A DNA stretch of 64,000 nt from Octopus vulgaris (GCA_951406725.2 OX597828.1:8928001-8992000); one strand, 5' to 3'. Numbered from the stretch's first letter, positions 36,886 to 52,873 are shown. The notes: generated by a model not told the origin, from the letters alone. Numbers and translations: made by a program.

Positions 36886-39563
36886 AAAAACCTGGTGTTT
36901 CTCATCATCATTTGCAATGAACAATAAGCATATTTACAATTTGATTTTATAAATGATTGAAGAATTCTACCTGAAATATAAACATGATTAGCAACCTGCT
37001 GCAAAGAGAATATCTTGCAGATACCTGTTGCATTTCGTAACTGTTTAACAAGTTTTATTTACCCATCCAGTGTAAGATATACAGCAGAATATTTCCCTCT
37101 GTATTAGAGATATATAGAGAGATTTATGTATGAGTATAATTGATCGGCCTCGTGTATTTATTTACATTATTTACCCCACTCAAATCTAAATCACTCTTGT
37201 AGGCGCAAACACAAGCGTACGATTCAAACAATGCATCGCATTGATGGTTAGAACTCGCTGCACAAAATGCTTAGTAGATCTGATCAAATGTAGCCTGGTA
37301 TTGAATTAATACTTCTGAGTGGAATTTACTAGAAGTGAAACCTGTATGGATATCCGTCTCAAGTAACTAAATGAGCGCAGCTGAGTTTGTGAGCGTACAA
37401 ATATTGTATTTGTTAATATCATATTATATCGTGGTAAACCGATATCGAATATGCGTCCATTCACCTTAAATATATCGCTGCGTCATTTGATAAACCGATA
37501 CTTAAAAATTACGTGATATAACTGCTATATGAACGACTAAAACCTGTAGCGATACATTCACAAGGGTAGAGAAAATAATAAAAACAGTGTTTTAAGGATG
37601 ACCAGAGAATTTCATTTAAGCTTATGAGCATGTTTCTGTAATAAAATATATTTCTATGAAATATGCATTTATACATGTTCATATATTTAGTCAGAGACAT
37701 ACACGCACGTATAAAACACATGGAACGAAGAGAAGGGAAACAAACTTATCTATACAACTTATCCTTTCACTGAAATTTAACTTTCACACCATCTTCGACT
37801 CTAAAAATTAAATAACCACCCCTGCCAGAAAATAAGCGCATTTTAAATCAAAATTTAAGAAGCGCATGCGCCGACTGGACAATACAAAACATATACTATT
37901 GCATTTTAACAACAGAAAAAACTGATCTTTAGATTCTATTCTCCTTTATTATTACAGCTTGCAACATGATACCGTTGTACTCATGCAAATGACTCTATTT
38001 CATTTTCTAGAAATACACTTCCACTTTCAAAGTCAAATGTAATCAGTATTTATGTAAATAGTGCGAACACGTTCTGATACTACAATATGGAATTTAAATT
38101 TTAATCAGGGAGCTGACCTTCTTCAAACAACAACAATATCCCTCGATTAAATTCAGAAGTATTTAGTTATAAAATTTCCTCTCCATTTGCTCATGGTAGA
38201 TCTTATTTCTCTAGTACTAGATTATTAAATATGCATAATATATTTCGATGTATTTTATAATCAATGAAATACCAGGCACACCAACGGGATACAAAGAACT
38301 GTGGCGAAGTCAGACCATATTAGTTTTTTCAAGTTTATATTTGACTTCAATGGTGCTTCAGAAGCAATCTCCTTTGCACCAAACAGGATTACAACATAAC
38401 AAGTGGATAGTGATATCTCAGGGAGAATTTAAAATCAAAATACAAAGAATTGGAGAATATAACACACCAGTCATTTCCTGTTCTGTTTTTTTTTTTTTAA
38501 ATTATTTGTTACCCCTGAAAGAAATAATGATAAAGTTGACCTCGGCAAGTCAATCGTTCACCATATAGATTTGTTTGGCTACTTTTCGAAGAAAATGCGG
38601 GAGTTAACAATTCAATCTAAGAAATGTGCCAGTAGACTTTATAAAAATTTAGCTTGATTCAAGCGAATTAAATGCATGTATTCTAACACTGAATGCACAT
38701 ATCAGTACATCACTACCATATCCTGTAAAATTTACAGCTATTATTCACTATACTTGATTATAAAAAAAGAGTCTATTTTTGAAGACTCTTAATCAGAGGT
38801 ATCCATCAAATGAATCATTAGCTGTAGTAATGTACTGGGAAGATAAAAACTAGATATATTGTAATATTCATGAATTTCATAAGAGCATTAAACAAAGAAA
38901 GTGTAAGTCTATAACTAAAAGCATGAATTAAGACATTCTGTACGTCGATTGTCATCAATACAATACAAAGGAAAAATAATTGATATCGTCGTGGTTGTAA
39001 CTTGGATGGAGATTAACTAAAATTTCAGATAGCATGAATTAAGTATATCTAGTGTCACATTTCGCGTGATTCCTAACGGAATATGGCGTATATTCTCGTC
39101 TATATTCTCTAATTGACTTCATCCACTTGAAACAGTTAACCACGTTAACTGAAAAAGGATTCACACAAATGCTTTTATGTTTGAAAATTCTCTCAGTTTT
39201 CTCAGCGGTCAGTACAACCCTAACACATGCAATGTTCAAACATTTATGTACGTAAATATTTTATTACTTATAGACAAATACTTCTTGTTCATGATAATAA
39301 TAGCATATAGCCAATTTAATGTTCAATCTGAAAGTCTTTGAACATTTCATATCTAATCAATATGTCTGGTATAAGTTATAAAGGGAACCTGCACGTGAAT
39401 TATGTTCCCAGAAGTCACTGTACAAATATCAAACAATTGGTGTTTCATATAGAAAAAAGAAAAAAAAAATGCATATGTGGTGTTAAAGTTGTATTTATTT
39501 ACTTTTTATTACGAATGCTATAATAGATTACATATGATATGAAGAGGATAATTTACAACTTAC

Positions 39564-39611
39564 CTGTAACAGAGAAATCACAGTCATTTTCCTCCAGAGC
39601 CAAAACCACAT
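39564..39611 (-). other. candidate short coding exon or recursive splice site
   Basis: Minus strand ATGTGGTTTTGGCTCTGGAGGAAAATGACTGTGATTTCTCTGTTACAG|GTAAGT encodes MWFWLWRKMTVISLLQ followed by a perfect donor. Confidence 0.3.
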
Positions 39612-39888
39612 GAATATATTTGAAAGAAAGTTAATATTTATATTACTATTTTATATTACTATTCATGGTTCGGCTTATATTCCCGTGGTTTTACTAAATT
39701 GATACAAGTAGCCACTTCTGAGTGAACGCAACAGACGTTTTGCTGTTAAATTACTATGTACATCACTTAATTAATATGATCATACAGAAATAGAACAATG
39801 TATACAAGTACATATGTATGCGTGTGTTTGCGAGTGGGAGAGAGATAGAGAGAGAGAGAAAAAGTAAGTAAAAGTGTAAGAGTTCGTC

Positions 39889-40113
<225 letters not shown>

Positions 40114-41322
40114 TTATGAATTTGTATTTCTATCTTTAAGTTTTTTCCTCGCTAACATTGATTCCCACTTTCTCTTTCTGTATAAATATTTGTATTTGTG
40201 CGTAGACAATTGGTGAGAGTTTTGTTTCTCGTGTGTATTTGTGTAATATAAAACTTCAGTTAATAAAAATGCATAATTTCCAATCAATTAATCCCAGAAT
40301 ACAACGTGTAAAAGCTGCTGTCCTGAATCATCTCCGACAGAAAATGAGGGAAATCAATGCTTTATTATTTAATCGGTGGCGGGATTAAATGATCAAAGCA
40401 ATAGTTTTTAATTCAATTACTTGAAACAAAATTTATTGAACTCTCACAAGATGCCAAATTAGAAGAAATACGTTTTATATGACTAGCATTTTTTTTAAAA
40501 TGCGTTTTGTCCTTGAGATGACGTTTAATAATAAATTTAAAATTAAAAAAAACATCCTAAATTACCTGTCATAAATTATGACTGAATGATAATGCGCACT
40601 GTCAAAATGTATTTGGGCTCTGAGTTTTAAAATGTAATTGTAGAGTGTAGCATATTTTTAACATACAATGTATTTTTGACCGTTTTGCATAGCGCAATAA
40701 GAAGCATATTTCTATAAACAACTTGAGTATGGATTGTAAGTGTTGTTATATAATTATTACGTTTTTATCTCTTCATACTCGTGTTTCTTGCGGCACATTA
40801 CGATAGCACAGGATGTAATTTCATCCCGAAGAAAATACAAATATATTCATTGTCGTTTCAGGTAGAGAATAAGTGAAGATGACAGGTCAAAGTGACATTA
40901 TGATTTCTAACGCTATCATGAAACAGAATTTTCTTACGAATCAAATCGTTTGGTTTCCTTCTATAATACTGTAGACAGAATGAATCTACTAAAATATTTC
41001 TCATGAACAGAGAACTGAATCTGAAACTAAAGCCGTAGATTGAAACCAGAGGGGAAAATGCTATACCAAAAATAAACGCGTAACCATTTGGGACAGAAAT
41101 ACTTACTTCCTGATATAAAGGAAAACAAATGATGAAGTTTAAGGAAATGGTATATATACTTTAAAATTCACAGAATAACTATAAAATTCTTAAAAGTCTG
41201 AAACACATAGATATTTTCATCAGATTAAGGAGTTAATTTTCGCTACGCACATCCTATTTGAAATAATTTGATGCAACATTTCCGTCATATTCCTGTATCT
41301 CTCTAATGCTCTTTCTCTCTCT

Positions 41323-41374
<52 letters not shown>

Positions 41375-41978
41375 ACACACACACTCACATACTTTTACAC
41401 TCTCATTCATGCTAACCTATCACTTAGTTTTTCTAAATATCATAAGAATATTTGTATTAACCACTTCGTGAGCAGTTATATTTACATCTAAAGCAAAAAA
41501 TATTGAACAAAGTGTATGCAGCATTTCATATTTGATAATCTTGATTCTAAATCTTTTTAATGGATCTTGCAGGAATTACTCAATAGATTATGCTTGGAGT
41601 AACCGCATATTCGAAAAAATTAGCATTGAGTCCCTTCATACCCCATGCATTAAATATAACATCACTAATTTAAACAGTCTTTTACATGGGGTTGACTTCT
41701 CTGAGTTATTCATTCTTTAACCAGCGGTTTCTCTACATTCATTCTACAAACATGTACACAATTTCTAATTATAAGCCCATGAAAACTTTAGCATATATTG
41801 TGAAATGACAATGATATAAGGCTGAAAAGTATACGTGTTGCTGTCGTAATTGAAAATTTTGAAATTATAGTTCACATTTTTTTTCTTATAGGATAATTAT
41901 TGCTCGCTAAAATTTTAATGCTTCCTGTATATCTTTAGTGCTGATTAAGACTATATATATATATATATATATACACAT

Positions 41979-42014
<36 letters not shown>

Positions 42015-42067
42015 TTGTAATATGCTTTTGTTGAATTTTCTGCTGCTTTAAATAAAGTTTATATATT

Positions 42068-42111
<44 letters not shown>

Positions 42112-42157
42112 TATATATGTATATACATACATATATATATATAATTATATATGTATA

Positions 42158-42236
<79 letters not shown>

Positions 42237-44063
42237 TACTTCTTCATTCCACATGGACTTGATGATCAGAAGAAAACCGATTGTATGCGAAAAGTTTTAC
42301 ATACGTGTGTTCAGAATATGTTTACAGGAATACATAGGTACTGTGCAATCCTGGACTAATGAGCATTAGTATTATTAAAACAGTTATCTTCATTTTGATA
42401 TTTTATGATTTATTTTTTATAATTTTTATAATGTTTTTTCAAAACACATCGTTTCAATATCAAATTTTCTGAAAGTTGCTTTAATGTTGTCTGTATTTAA
42501 TTACGTTCTTATTTAAACATATTTTCGTCGGGATATTTGTCTACAGTTCCATCTTACATCAAACTAATGTATAGCCTATATTAATTTTATATATCATATA
42601 TGCTTCATATCCATAATAAGCACATTCTGTAATCGATATAATGTCGTGTATCATAATGCCATCTCGGTTATGTAGTTAATAGACATTTAGTATACTACAT
42701 GTCATAATTTTAATTACACACATACATGCATACGTAAACACATCTACATATGCATACATGCGTACATAAATACAATCGTATATGCATACATATGTAGATA
42801 CATGCATACAGAGAGAGAGAGAGAGAAAGAGAGATAGAAAGAGAGAGTCAGACAGACTGACAGGCAGACAGACAGACAGACAGTGAGATAGTAAAGCAGA
42901 GAGTAATCTCTGTAACTACTGGGCGATTCACATGTATTATACGTAATATACTTAATTAAGAAATATTTTTGAGTGATAAGACATCAGGAAAAAATTGAAA
43001 TTTTTTTAACAGTTCTATATAATAAGGATCTGTTTTCTTTCAGGTTTACATAGAGTGCATTATTTTTTAACCGTTGATATTTTCCTCTGTAACATTGTCC
43101 ATGTTTAAAACATTCGGCATTTCTTAGTGTGCTGAAAGAATTGTCCGACAGGGAATAAAAGCTCCTTCTCATGTCATTGACCCTCTAAGCTAAAAAGTAG
43201 ATTGAACAAGTTTACGTTTCTATTTCTTATTTCGAGGCGGAAATCTAGCATACTAAGTGAATACTAACTTCCCAATAAAAGTGCAAGATCACATACGACT
43301 TGTTCTGTTGCACTCTCGTTTCAAGATATATTTACCTAGATTAAATTGAATATTCTCCTACTGATGAAGTCGAGCAATTATCTGCGTGTTGCTGGTAAAG
43401 TGATTATTGTAATACCTGTGAATATATACGATTTCATTCACGAGTTTCCTGAAGGTGTTCTCTTCTGACTTCAGATCAAAATAATATGCATTTATTTTCT
43501 TATGAAAACAGCGGACAGAAATTCAAATTATCAATATTTTTTTATTACTTCTCTATACGTATATAATCACATCTATGAGTGATTATGTTTAGATAGTAGA
43601 AATATGAAGGGTATATAGAAATAAGAACCATAATTTAGCGTGAGATACGGACGTTTTCATTTCGTATTAACTTCGAAGAAAGCAAATATATGTGAACTTA
43701 TTTCGTATTCCACTCTTCCTATATTTATTCTGCATAAATCGGATTATTTATTTGCTAAAAAGTATAATAAAATAGTGCATACAATATCATTTATTTTCCA
43801 GCCAACAATGATGGCAGCGTCACAACATTTCAATGGCCTTCTACAAGATTTAATACATTAGGATTTGAAATTGAAAACTGATATTGAGTAAAATAAGTAT
43901 TGTAAGAATCTAAGCGCTTATATAACGTTTAGAACCAAATCTTTTGTTGATGATTATTAGACACGCGGAATCAATTACATACACACATACACAGACAGAT
44001 ATATTTATGTATGTGAGAGCGCGAAGCTTTCTCTCCGTCACACACACATGTATATATACATAC

Positions 44064-44120
<57 letters not shown>

Positions 44121-44121
44121 G

Positions 44122-44196
<75 letters not shown>

Positions 44197-45335
44197 CATG
44201 CATGTAAGTATGTTATGTATGTATGTATGTATGTTGCAATAGGATACTATAACATTATTTCATCATCGCCATACGTTATTTTCGTGTTTTCGAGATATTC
44301 TATACATGGTATTAAGTGAGGCGGAGGTAAACAATAGCTATTCACTAAACGCTTTTGTTATTTTCCGCTTTGAAGTGATAGATGTGTTTCGCAGAGTCAT
44401 AGGTGTTACCGTGCCAGCTATTATTTTGAGAGTATCAAATTTTGAAAATCATATAGCTCTCCCCAACCCACTTAGTCTCCTTCGTAGCCCAGACTATCTC
44501 ACCACTAATCTTTCTATCTCTATCAAAAATGCATTATCGTCTCGTCTGTGTCTTGATGCTGTTCGAGACTCAGGCAAGAAAAGGTAATTTATTTTTACAG
44601 TCAATGCAATTAATATGCACCCCCCCACTCCCCATATGTTTTTATGAATATTTTTAATCGATTTTTATATCTTATTTTCTTTTCTTTATATTAGAGATAA
44701 TATATATGTGCAGGCTTAACTTTCATCTATTGTTATCGTATTAATGCTTATGTATACATAAACTCATAGACATATAAATACAAGAAAGCACACATCACAC
44801 ACACACACATACACACACACATGTACATATGTGTATGTATATGTGCATTTATATACATATATATATATACATATATATAAATAAATATATACGTATATAT
44901 ACATATATATAAATAACTCTATATATATATATACATATACTCTGGTATGTATAAGTATGTGTGCATATATTTTTACATATATTTGTGTACGTAAATACAT
45001 ATATAAGTGTGTGTGTGTGTGTGTGTGTGGTGTACGAGCCCGCGTGTCCATGTCTATGCGTGTACGCTTGAGTCTGAATGTGTAGGTATGTGTCCTCTGT
45101 ATTTTCCCACCCTATTCCATTAGGAAAAAAATCGCTTTGCCAGTAGCCATTGTTGATCAGGCGTACTTTGATATTGTTACTAATTATTAATCGGACGAGA
45201 AAATTTAAAATTATCTTATATATGATGCTTTGAAAATTACACACCCATATATTAACACTCAAACATGACACACAGTTTATGTGAATATAAATATGTATAC
45301 GCATATTTTTATACAGTAATATATAGAAGCCCAAG

Positions 45336-45374
<39 letters not shown>

Positions 45375-45487
45375 GTATATATATATGTATGTATATTATA
45401 CATATGTTTATACATAAATTATATATACATATATATGTATATATATATAAATATATAAATATATGTATATATATGTGTATATATGTG

Positions 45488-45527
<40 letters not shown>

Positions 45528-46009
45528 AATAGAGACATATAGGAGGGAGCGAGAGAGATAGGGAGATTGCGAGTGAGTGGGTGAGACCTATATGTGTGTG
45601 TAAATAGGCAATTGTCTTTGTTCTTAATGAATACAGTCACATAAATAGGCACATACATGCTTACATACACGTACACATATATAAAATTTTCTGGTTGCTA
45701 TGGTGCTATGGAAATCACTTTGACCAAAATCAAAATGGTCGTTTTGTAGATTATAAACTAATGTTTGTAAGATATCAAAGAACATTAAATCTATAACCGG
45801 ATTCCTTCCTTCATAAACTTTGTAAAGTATATTTTTGAAGGGAGTAATATTTGGGAGTATTTAACTAAACCCCTAATGAAGTTTGTACTACTTATCGTAA
45901 ACGTTAGTATATTAATTACACTCATAAAAAATTAATATTTAATGCATTGGCGTTAAGTTTGACTAAAACACTTGAGAATAGTTGCATTATAAGTGAGAAA
46001 ATATGACCT

Positions 46010-46075
46010 ACCTGCACGTGGTGATTCAACTTGCTAGAAACATCAGTCAAATCTCTTAACAAATCGAACCCTACG
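46010..46075. mobile_element. fragment of an old interspersed repeat family
   Basis: TGCTAGAAACATCAGTCAAATCTC is the diverged reverse complement of TTTGAGGGGAATATGGTTCCTATTTCTAGCA at ~50728-50758. Weaker matches at ~13235 and ~35165. Confidence 0.4.
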
Positions 46076-46614
46076 TTTCTAAATTGCGAACAAATGTTGT
46101 ATGATGTGAGGTGAGATGGTCATGGATTTCCTGTATAGATTTACCCGAAAGTTTGGGATATTTCTCTTCGTCGTACAGCAACAACTTTTACATGATCCTA
46201 CTACATAATCTATTACGTACCCTTGATTAAGCAATTTAATCTCTAAACCAAACAAATCTGGCTCCACTCAGCTGGTAAAAAAACATCCTATACAATAGAG
46301 ATATATATCACGAAGAGAGTATTTCAATCCAATAGTTATGTGCCTGAAACAAGTTGGTTCAGGCGAATTCATGGGAAAAGTGATGAGATCATAAATGAAA
46401 AGGATTTTGAGAATAATAGTTTATTTATAAGCAACATACGAACACTGTATGGACCACAACAATAAATGTCGGTTTGTGTTTTAATAAACAGGGTTTTCGG
46501 ACGAAATTTGACAGTTTGCAAAAAGGAACAGAAAACTCAATATCACATACAAAAGTAAAGTATTTTTACAAATTAAAAAAAACATGAACTAGATTGTGGG
46601 TGGAAGATTAAGGT

Positions 46615-47289
46615 TTATTCAAAGCACCCACCCTCAGCTTACACTACAGCTTGAAGGCAGATCCGGAATTTGGAACATGCGTTTTTTATTGCGTGTCGAG
46701 GTAGATCTTCGAACACCTCCTTTATCTCGGCCACCAACTCAGCCTCGGTGCTGAAAAAAGTGAGATTGGTGTCTTTGTAAGCCACGCCCTACTAGTAACA
46801 ACCCACGGTATTAAAGTAGGGCTAAATAAAGGCGGCGAGCTGGCAGAATCGTTAGCACACCGGGCGGAATGCTTAGCGGTATTGCGTCTGCCGTTACGTT
46901 CTGAGTTCGAATTCCGCCGAGGTTGACTTTGCCTTTCATCCTTTCGGGGTCGATTAAATAAGTACCAGTTACGCACTGGGGTCGATATAATCGACTTAAT
47001 CCGTTTGTCTGTCCTTGTTTGTCCTCTCTGTGTTTGGCCCCTTGTGGGTAGTAAAGAAATAGGTATTAAAGTAGGGCTAAATAGGAAACTAGGAATTTAG
47101 GTAGACAAAGTCGAAGAAATTCGCCGTCAACTACTTTCGACACTTTCCGAAGTTATGGCAAGAAGCCGAAAACTTGCTATATATATATGGCCTTCCAGAA
47201 GCATTTCTCTTCAATAATTGAATGATCACGTTCTCCAGCCCTCTCACATAACCCACTAAGTTGAGACTAAGGCCCTGCCCATAGATGAA
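46615..47289 (-). pseudogene. maT/DD37D transposase pseudogene fragment
   Basis: FIYGQGLSLNLVGYVRGLENVIIQLLKRNASGRPYIYSKFSASCHNFGKCRK*LTANFFDF...[SINE]...GVAYKDTNLTFFSTEAELVAEIKEVFEDLPRHAIKNACSKFRICLQAVV*AEGGCFE*. This matches the maT pattern GRPYVWQQDSAPCH...WPPNSPDxNPxD...AC..F..RLEAV..AEGGYFE. Confidence 0.85.
46829..47061 (+). mobile_element. full-length SINE family D (Meta-domain-like) with 22-bp TSD
   Basis: TSD GGTATTAAAGTAGGGCTAAATA at 46807-46828 and 47062-47083. A box TGGCAGAATCG, B box GTTCGAATTCC, central GCCTTTCATCCTTTCGGGGTCGATTAAATAAGTACCAG. Confidence 0.93.
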
Positions 47290-47379
47290 AGATCAACTCC
47301 GACGTACGAACGATGTAGCAACGCCTGCTTTTCCCTTCCGGCAGGACACGGTTTCGCTACATGTGTCTGTATCAAGTCT

Positions 47380-47434
<55 letters not shown>

Positions 47435-48277
47435 CATTTACACACATACATATATTGCAGAAGGGCAGATTTACTCTCTCTTTCTCCCTATTTCGCTCTC
47501 TCTCTCTCTCTCTCAAATATTGCGTGTTCATGTGTGTATATGATTCCGTTTGTTTAATAATCAACAAGAGATTAGTTTACTAAACTATTTACAGAATAGT
47601 GAGCAGTGAGTAGCAGTCATATCTTCCGCAATTTGATACACAGCAGTGTGGGTAGTTCGTTTCTCGCATGTTGATGGTTTCCACTCCTGTATGTCAGGTA
47701 ACATTTCTCAATTGCATCGTTAATCGTTATACTCTCCAACAACGTTCACCAATACATGAAACTCTCCTGGAAAAAGATACGTAAAATTTGTGACATTCAG
47801 CGCGAATACTCAATATAAATGAACTCAACCCACAAGTGTCCAAATTCAATAGTAAAGTTCATATTTGATCTACTTGGTCAGTAAAAAACGTACAAAGAGG
47901 TGTAACGTGCACGAAGTTTATCAATATGTGTGAGGGGTGGGAAAACTTTATGAAGGAAGACCAAGGGAACGGTGAAAACATAAGCTGTATCGTATCAAAC
48001 ATTTGGTGTCATGTAAAATAGATAGACTTCAGAAGCAGAAATGATTAGTGTGGACTACACAAAGTGTAACAAAGCACAATACGGAATAAGAACTAAATAA
48101 TTAAGTAAAAGAAAATACTTGAAACAACTTGCGTCTTATGTTAACCACTCACATTTACTCGAATAAGATATAGCAATAGAAGCAAATGTGAGGTCACTCA
48201 CGACTAGAATGTTCACCATTTTTAATATTTGATCGACACAAAGCAGCAAAATATTAGTGCGAAAACAATATTCAATA

Positions 48278-48883
<606 letters not shown>

Positions 48884-49653
48884 AAGCAATATATTACGAC
48901 TCAAACTATTCTACTCCGCCTTATCTTCCAGGTCACTATTTGAACACAGGAAAACCAGTGTTGCAGCAACAAAATATATTAATACATCCCTAAGCAACAA
49001 GATAAATGCACTCAAAATGATGTAACGACCTTTCATTGCGATTTGCAATATATTCTAAACCATACTGTCCCGTATACTAATTTTTCTGAACATAGAAATA
49101 TACTTGCAACACATCTGGACACTACTACAACAAAAGCATGCATAGAGCAATGTCACTCTCTTAAGACGGTGATAACCACATAATAACATAATGATTACTG
49201 TATTAACCATTAGCATTGCTCGATCATGGACACTAAATATTGCAACCGCTATAACGTCCCTAACCTTACACAAATTGCATTGATTCAACTGTAACCAACA
49301 CTCTTACGAACAAGAAATCTTCACCAAAACATAAATGGAAAGTTATAAATATGCGCAGTGAGATAAGATTTTAATTAATAACGTAATAATATTAGCCTGA
49401 TGTGCAAGTCAGTTTCCCAAATGTATCACTTATTTAGTTAGAGGGAAATTTTCCCTCCTAATGCAGCGAAAACACAATTCTACAAAGATTTAGATATGGT
49501 ATACTGTGTGCAATTCTTGCATCTCGATACCAGAAAGGCACATTGAAGTGAATTTCCCAGAGAAGTTTCAGCTACCTATAGTATTTATATGCAAATGTCG
49601 TTGATACTTCTTCTGCTAATCTTTTCTATTTTAAAAGATTATAATATAATAGT

Positions 49654-49837
49654 ATTTCGCCTGCCGCTACGTTCTGAGTTCAAATTCCGCCGAGGTCGAC
49701 TTTGCCTTTCATCCTTTCGGGGTCGATTAAATAAGTAGCACTTATGCACTGGGGTCGATATAATCGACTTAATCCGCTTGTTTGTTCTTCTTTATCCCCT
49801 CTGTGTGTAGCCCCTTGTGGGCAGTAAAGAAATAAGT
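49654..49837 (+). mobile_element. 5'-truncated SINE family D with 15-bp TSD (1 mismatch)
   Basis: TTATAATATAATAGT at 49639-49653 and TTATAATATATTAGT at 49838-49852. Confidence 0.88.
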
Positions 49838-51837
49838 TTATAATATATTAGTTTGCCAAATATTCTTTGAATTTACTCTATTAGAACTATTTGGAATATG
49901 CTGAATACTCCATTGAGTGATTGCTCCTCTTTGCGTATACATCATATTCTGAAATATATCTCAGTCCAATTTGTAAGGAAATTTTATGCTCTGACTGGCA
50001 GTGCTTATCAGAATACAAATACTCACTCCTCTGTGCTAGAATGTCAATTTCTGTGATCAAAACGGATTGGAATCAACTTCCACCATCGTGTCAACAACGG
50101 ATGATTTCTGATTTACATTCATTTAGGCATATCATTCCATTCCCGTCGAGATAAAAACGTTAATTCAATGATTACACGAAACGAAACTTTTCGCTATTTT
50201 ACACCATACTCTCTGTATTGTAAATAAATGTTTTTGGTCTCACCGAAACAATGTGCATGTTGCCGTAATCAAAATATAAGAGAAATATTAAAAATTCAGG
50301 TAAGCCGATTGTATTCTGAGACTATCTCTACATGCTGTCAATTGTCAACGTTTAACTTCCAAATCCTCTGTGCTAAAGAGTACTGACTAGTATATACGTT
50401 TCCTATATTTGAAATAGGCGAGTATTTTGTGAGACTGAAACTTTGAACTAATATAATTAAGGCATTTTAGTGTAATTTAACATCAATCCTTTGCATAAAG
50501 ACCCTGAATATTTAACATAACGTGCCACTGCCTCTTCACAGGATTTGTGACGCGCGGATAGTGATAATTTCTTTGCTAAGTCTATATTTACATTTGCTCT
50601 TTCTGTTTAAATCAATCCACTTAGATCGAGCAAAACAACGATGAAAGGATTTCCAGTTGTGACAGAAAATCAGTGGGATATGTATTACTACATTATCTGT
50701 TGTATCTTATCCAGTATGTAAGTATAATTTGAGGGGAATATGGTTCCTATTTCTAGCAAATGAAACTATCAAGAAGAGACCAACTTGCTGGCTTGTCTTT
50801 TATTTGTTTATAAAGCATAATGATATGATGTTTGATATATATTTATCTGTGTGCGATTACGTTTGGAACAATTTCAATACGAAGAAGTATGTTACTGGAA
50901 ATGTATATAACTTACAAGCTTCTATTAATTCCCCTTTTCTCTAAATTCGTGTCGGAAATCGCATATAATTTGCGGCCAGATCATTAGTGATTGTAATATA
51001 TTTCTAAAGTATGTCATGTGTTTCTTTATTGAGATCGCATGGAAATACGTATACTAGCTTTATATTTAGGAGCAGAATTGTTTTATACTCTTTTGTTGCT
51101 GTATTTTATTAGAAAGAGACTTGATCTAAGAACACTCAACTAACTACATAACTGAGCCATCAATGTTTAAGTTTCCGCTACAGTAAATTCGTATAAAAGA
51201 AACAAAAATAAAGAGAAAAAAAAAACCTCCTCAAAACAACAAAACTGAGTTGTATGTAGTTTATAATATACAAGAAGTAAAACACTGCTCAGAAGAAATT
51301 TAGGCAATATAATTTTATTACATCTCACCTGAATTATTGTTGACTATTATAAGACACATTGAGAATAACTATTGTTATATGTATGTACTCTCAGACTGGG
51401 GTCGATGCCAAAGATTTCCAAAAGTGTTCATACAATTAAACATAAATTTTACTAGACTTTCTCAAGAATTACAGTGCGAAAGACAGCTTAGATATAAAAC
51501 CCCGTGTCTCTACGACGAATCACTCTAATGACGGTTAAGAAACCATTAAAAACATGACCGCTTACAATTACCTTTCGGAAACTAAAGTGAAATTATTGCT
51601 CTGGCACCAAAAGTATTTGCAGTGTGTCATAAACTTTGATTACAGAATAGACATCGGAAAGATGGAGCTTATGCTGTTACTTATTCTAAGTCGAAACTAT
51701 GTATTTGTCTTTTCAAATAATTTTCTATGTGCACGAAGCAAAACATTCAGTATGCATATACAAAAATATATACTAACACACGCGTGCACAGACACACATG
51801 TACGCAACACGCATAAATGTATACGCGTGTTGGAGTA

Positions 51838-51880
<43 letters not shown>

Positions 51881-52080
51881 CGAGAAAGCAGGAAGTGTGT
51901 GAGAGAGAGAGAGGAGGGGAGAGAAAACGAATGAGTGCGATAAAAATCAGAGAGATAGACAGAAGGAGAGGTGCAACGTAAAATATTTACCTAAGTATGT
52001 CTATGTATGCATACATATAGATATATATGTATCACACATACTTATATGTATATATGCATATACATATATATGTATATGTG

Positions 52081-52122
<42 letters not shown>

Positions 52123-52245
52123 GTATCACACTGACTTATATGTATATATACATATACATATATATGTATATATGCATCTATATATATATATGTATATATA
52201 TATATGTATATCTATATATATATCTATATCTATATATATATGTAT

Positions 52246-52291
<46 letters not shown>

Positions 52292-52298
52292 GTATATG

Positions 52299-52336
<38 letters not shown>

Positions 52337-52439
52337 TAGATATGGATATATATAGATATATATGTTTCACACAGACATATATGTGTATATATACATGTGT
52401 GTATGTGTTTGTTTTCTGTGTGTGTGTTGTAATGCGTGA

Positions 52440-52650
52440 TTCTGTGGCGACAAGATTGCTTATTGACTACACAATCGTGTGTTTAGTGACTCTGCGTGGT
52501 AACTGGGTCTTGTTTCTTCTTCTATGGCCTCCGTCTGAACAAAGTGTTGTGGGTTGATATGGTAGACAGTAACTCGAAGTATGTCACTGTGTCTGAGTCT
52601 GTCATCCAACATCGCTTGACAACCGTTGTAGTTGTGTCTACATTGGCGAA
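52440..52650 (+). mobile_element. degenerate SINE family A copy
   Basis: CTGCGTGG...TTCTTCTTCTATGGCCTC...GGTAGACAGTAACT...CATCGCTTGACAACCG. Confidence 0.6.
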
Positions 52651-52796
52651 ACATAGCCTTCGTCCCAAAGAGAACGATGCAATAGTTGATTTATGAAATA
52701 ATAAATAGATTAGCTGGACTGAAATTACTCACGAGAGTACCCCAGATTAGCCTCTGCATAATGACTAATACAAATAAAAGACAAAAGGCAATGTGT

Positions 52797-52853
<57 letters not shown>

Positions 52854-52873
52854 TATATACTTTTTTTCTCTTT

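Larger units (their letters stand above)
46489..47290 (-). mobile_element. Tc1/mariner maT (DD37D)-type transposon fossil, 3' half, interrupted by a SINE
   Basis: Decayed transposase C-terminal half at 46615-47289 and a candidate TIR starting CAGGGT at 46489. Confidence 0.8.
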
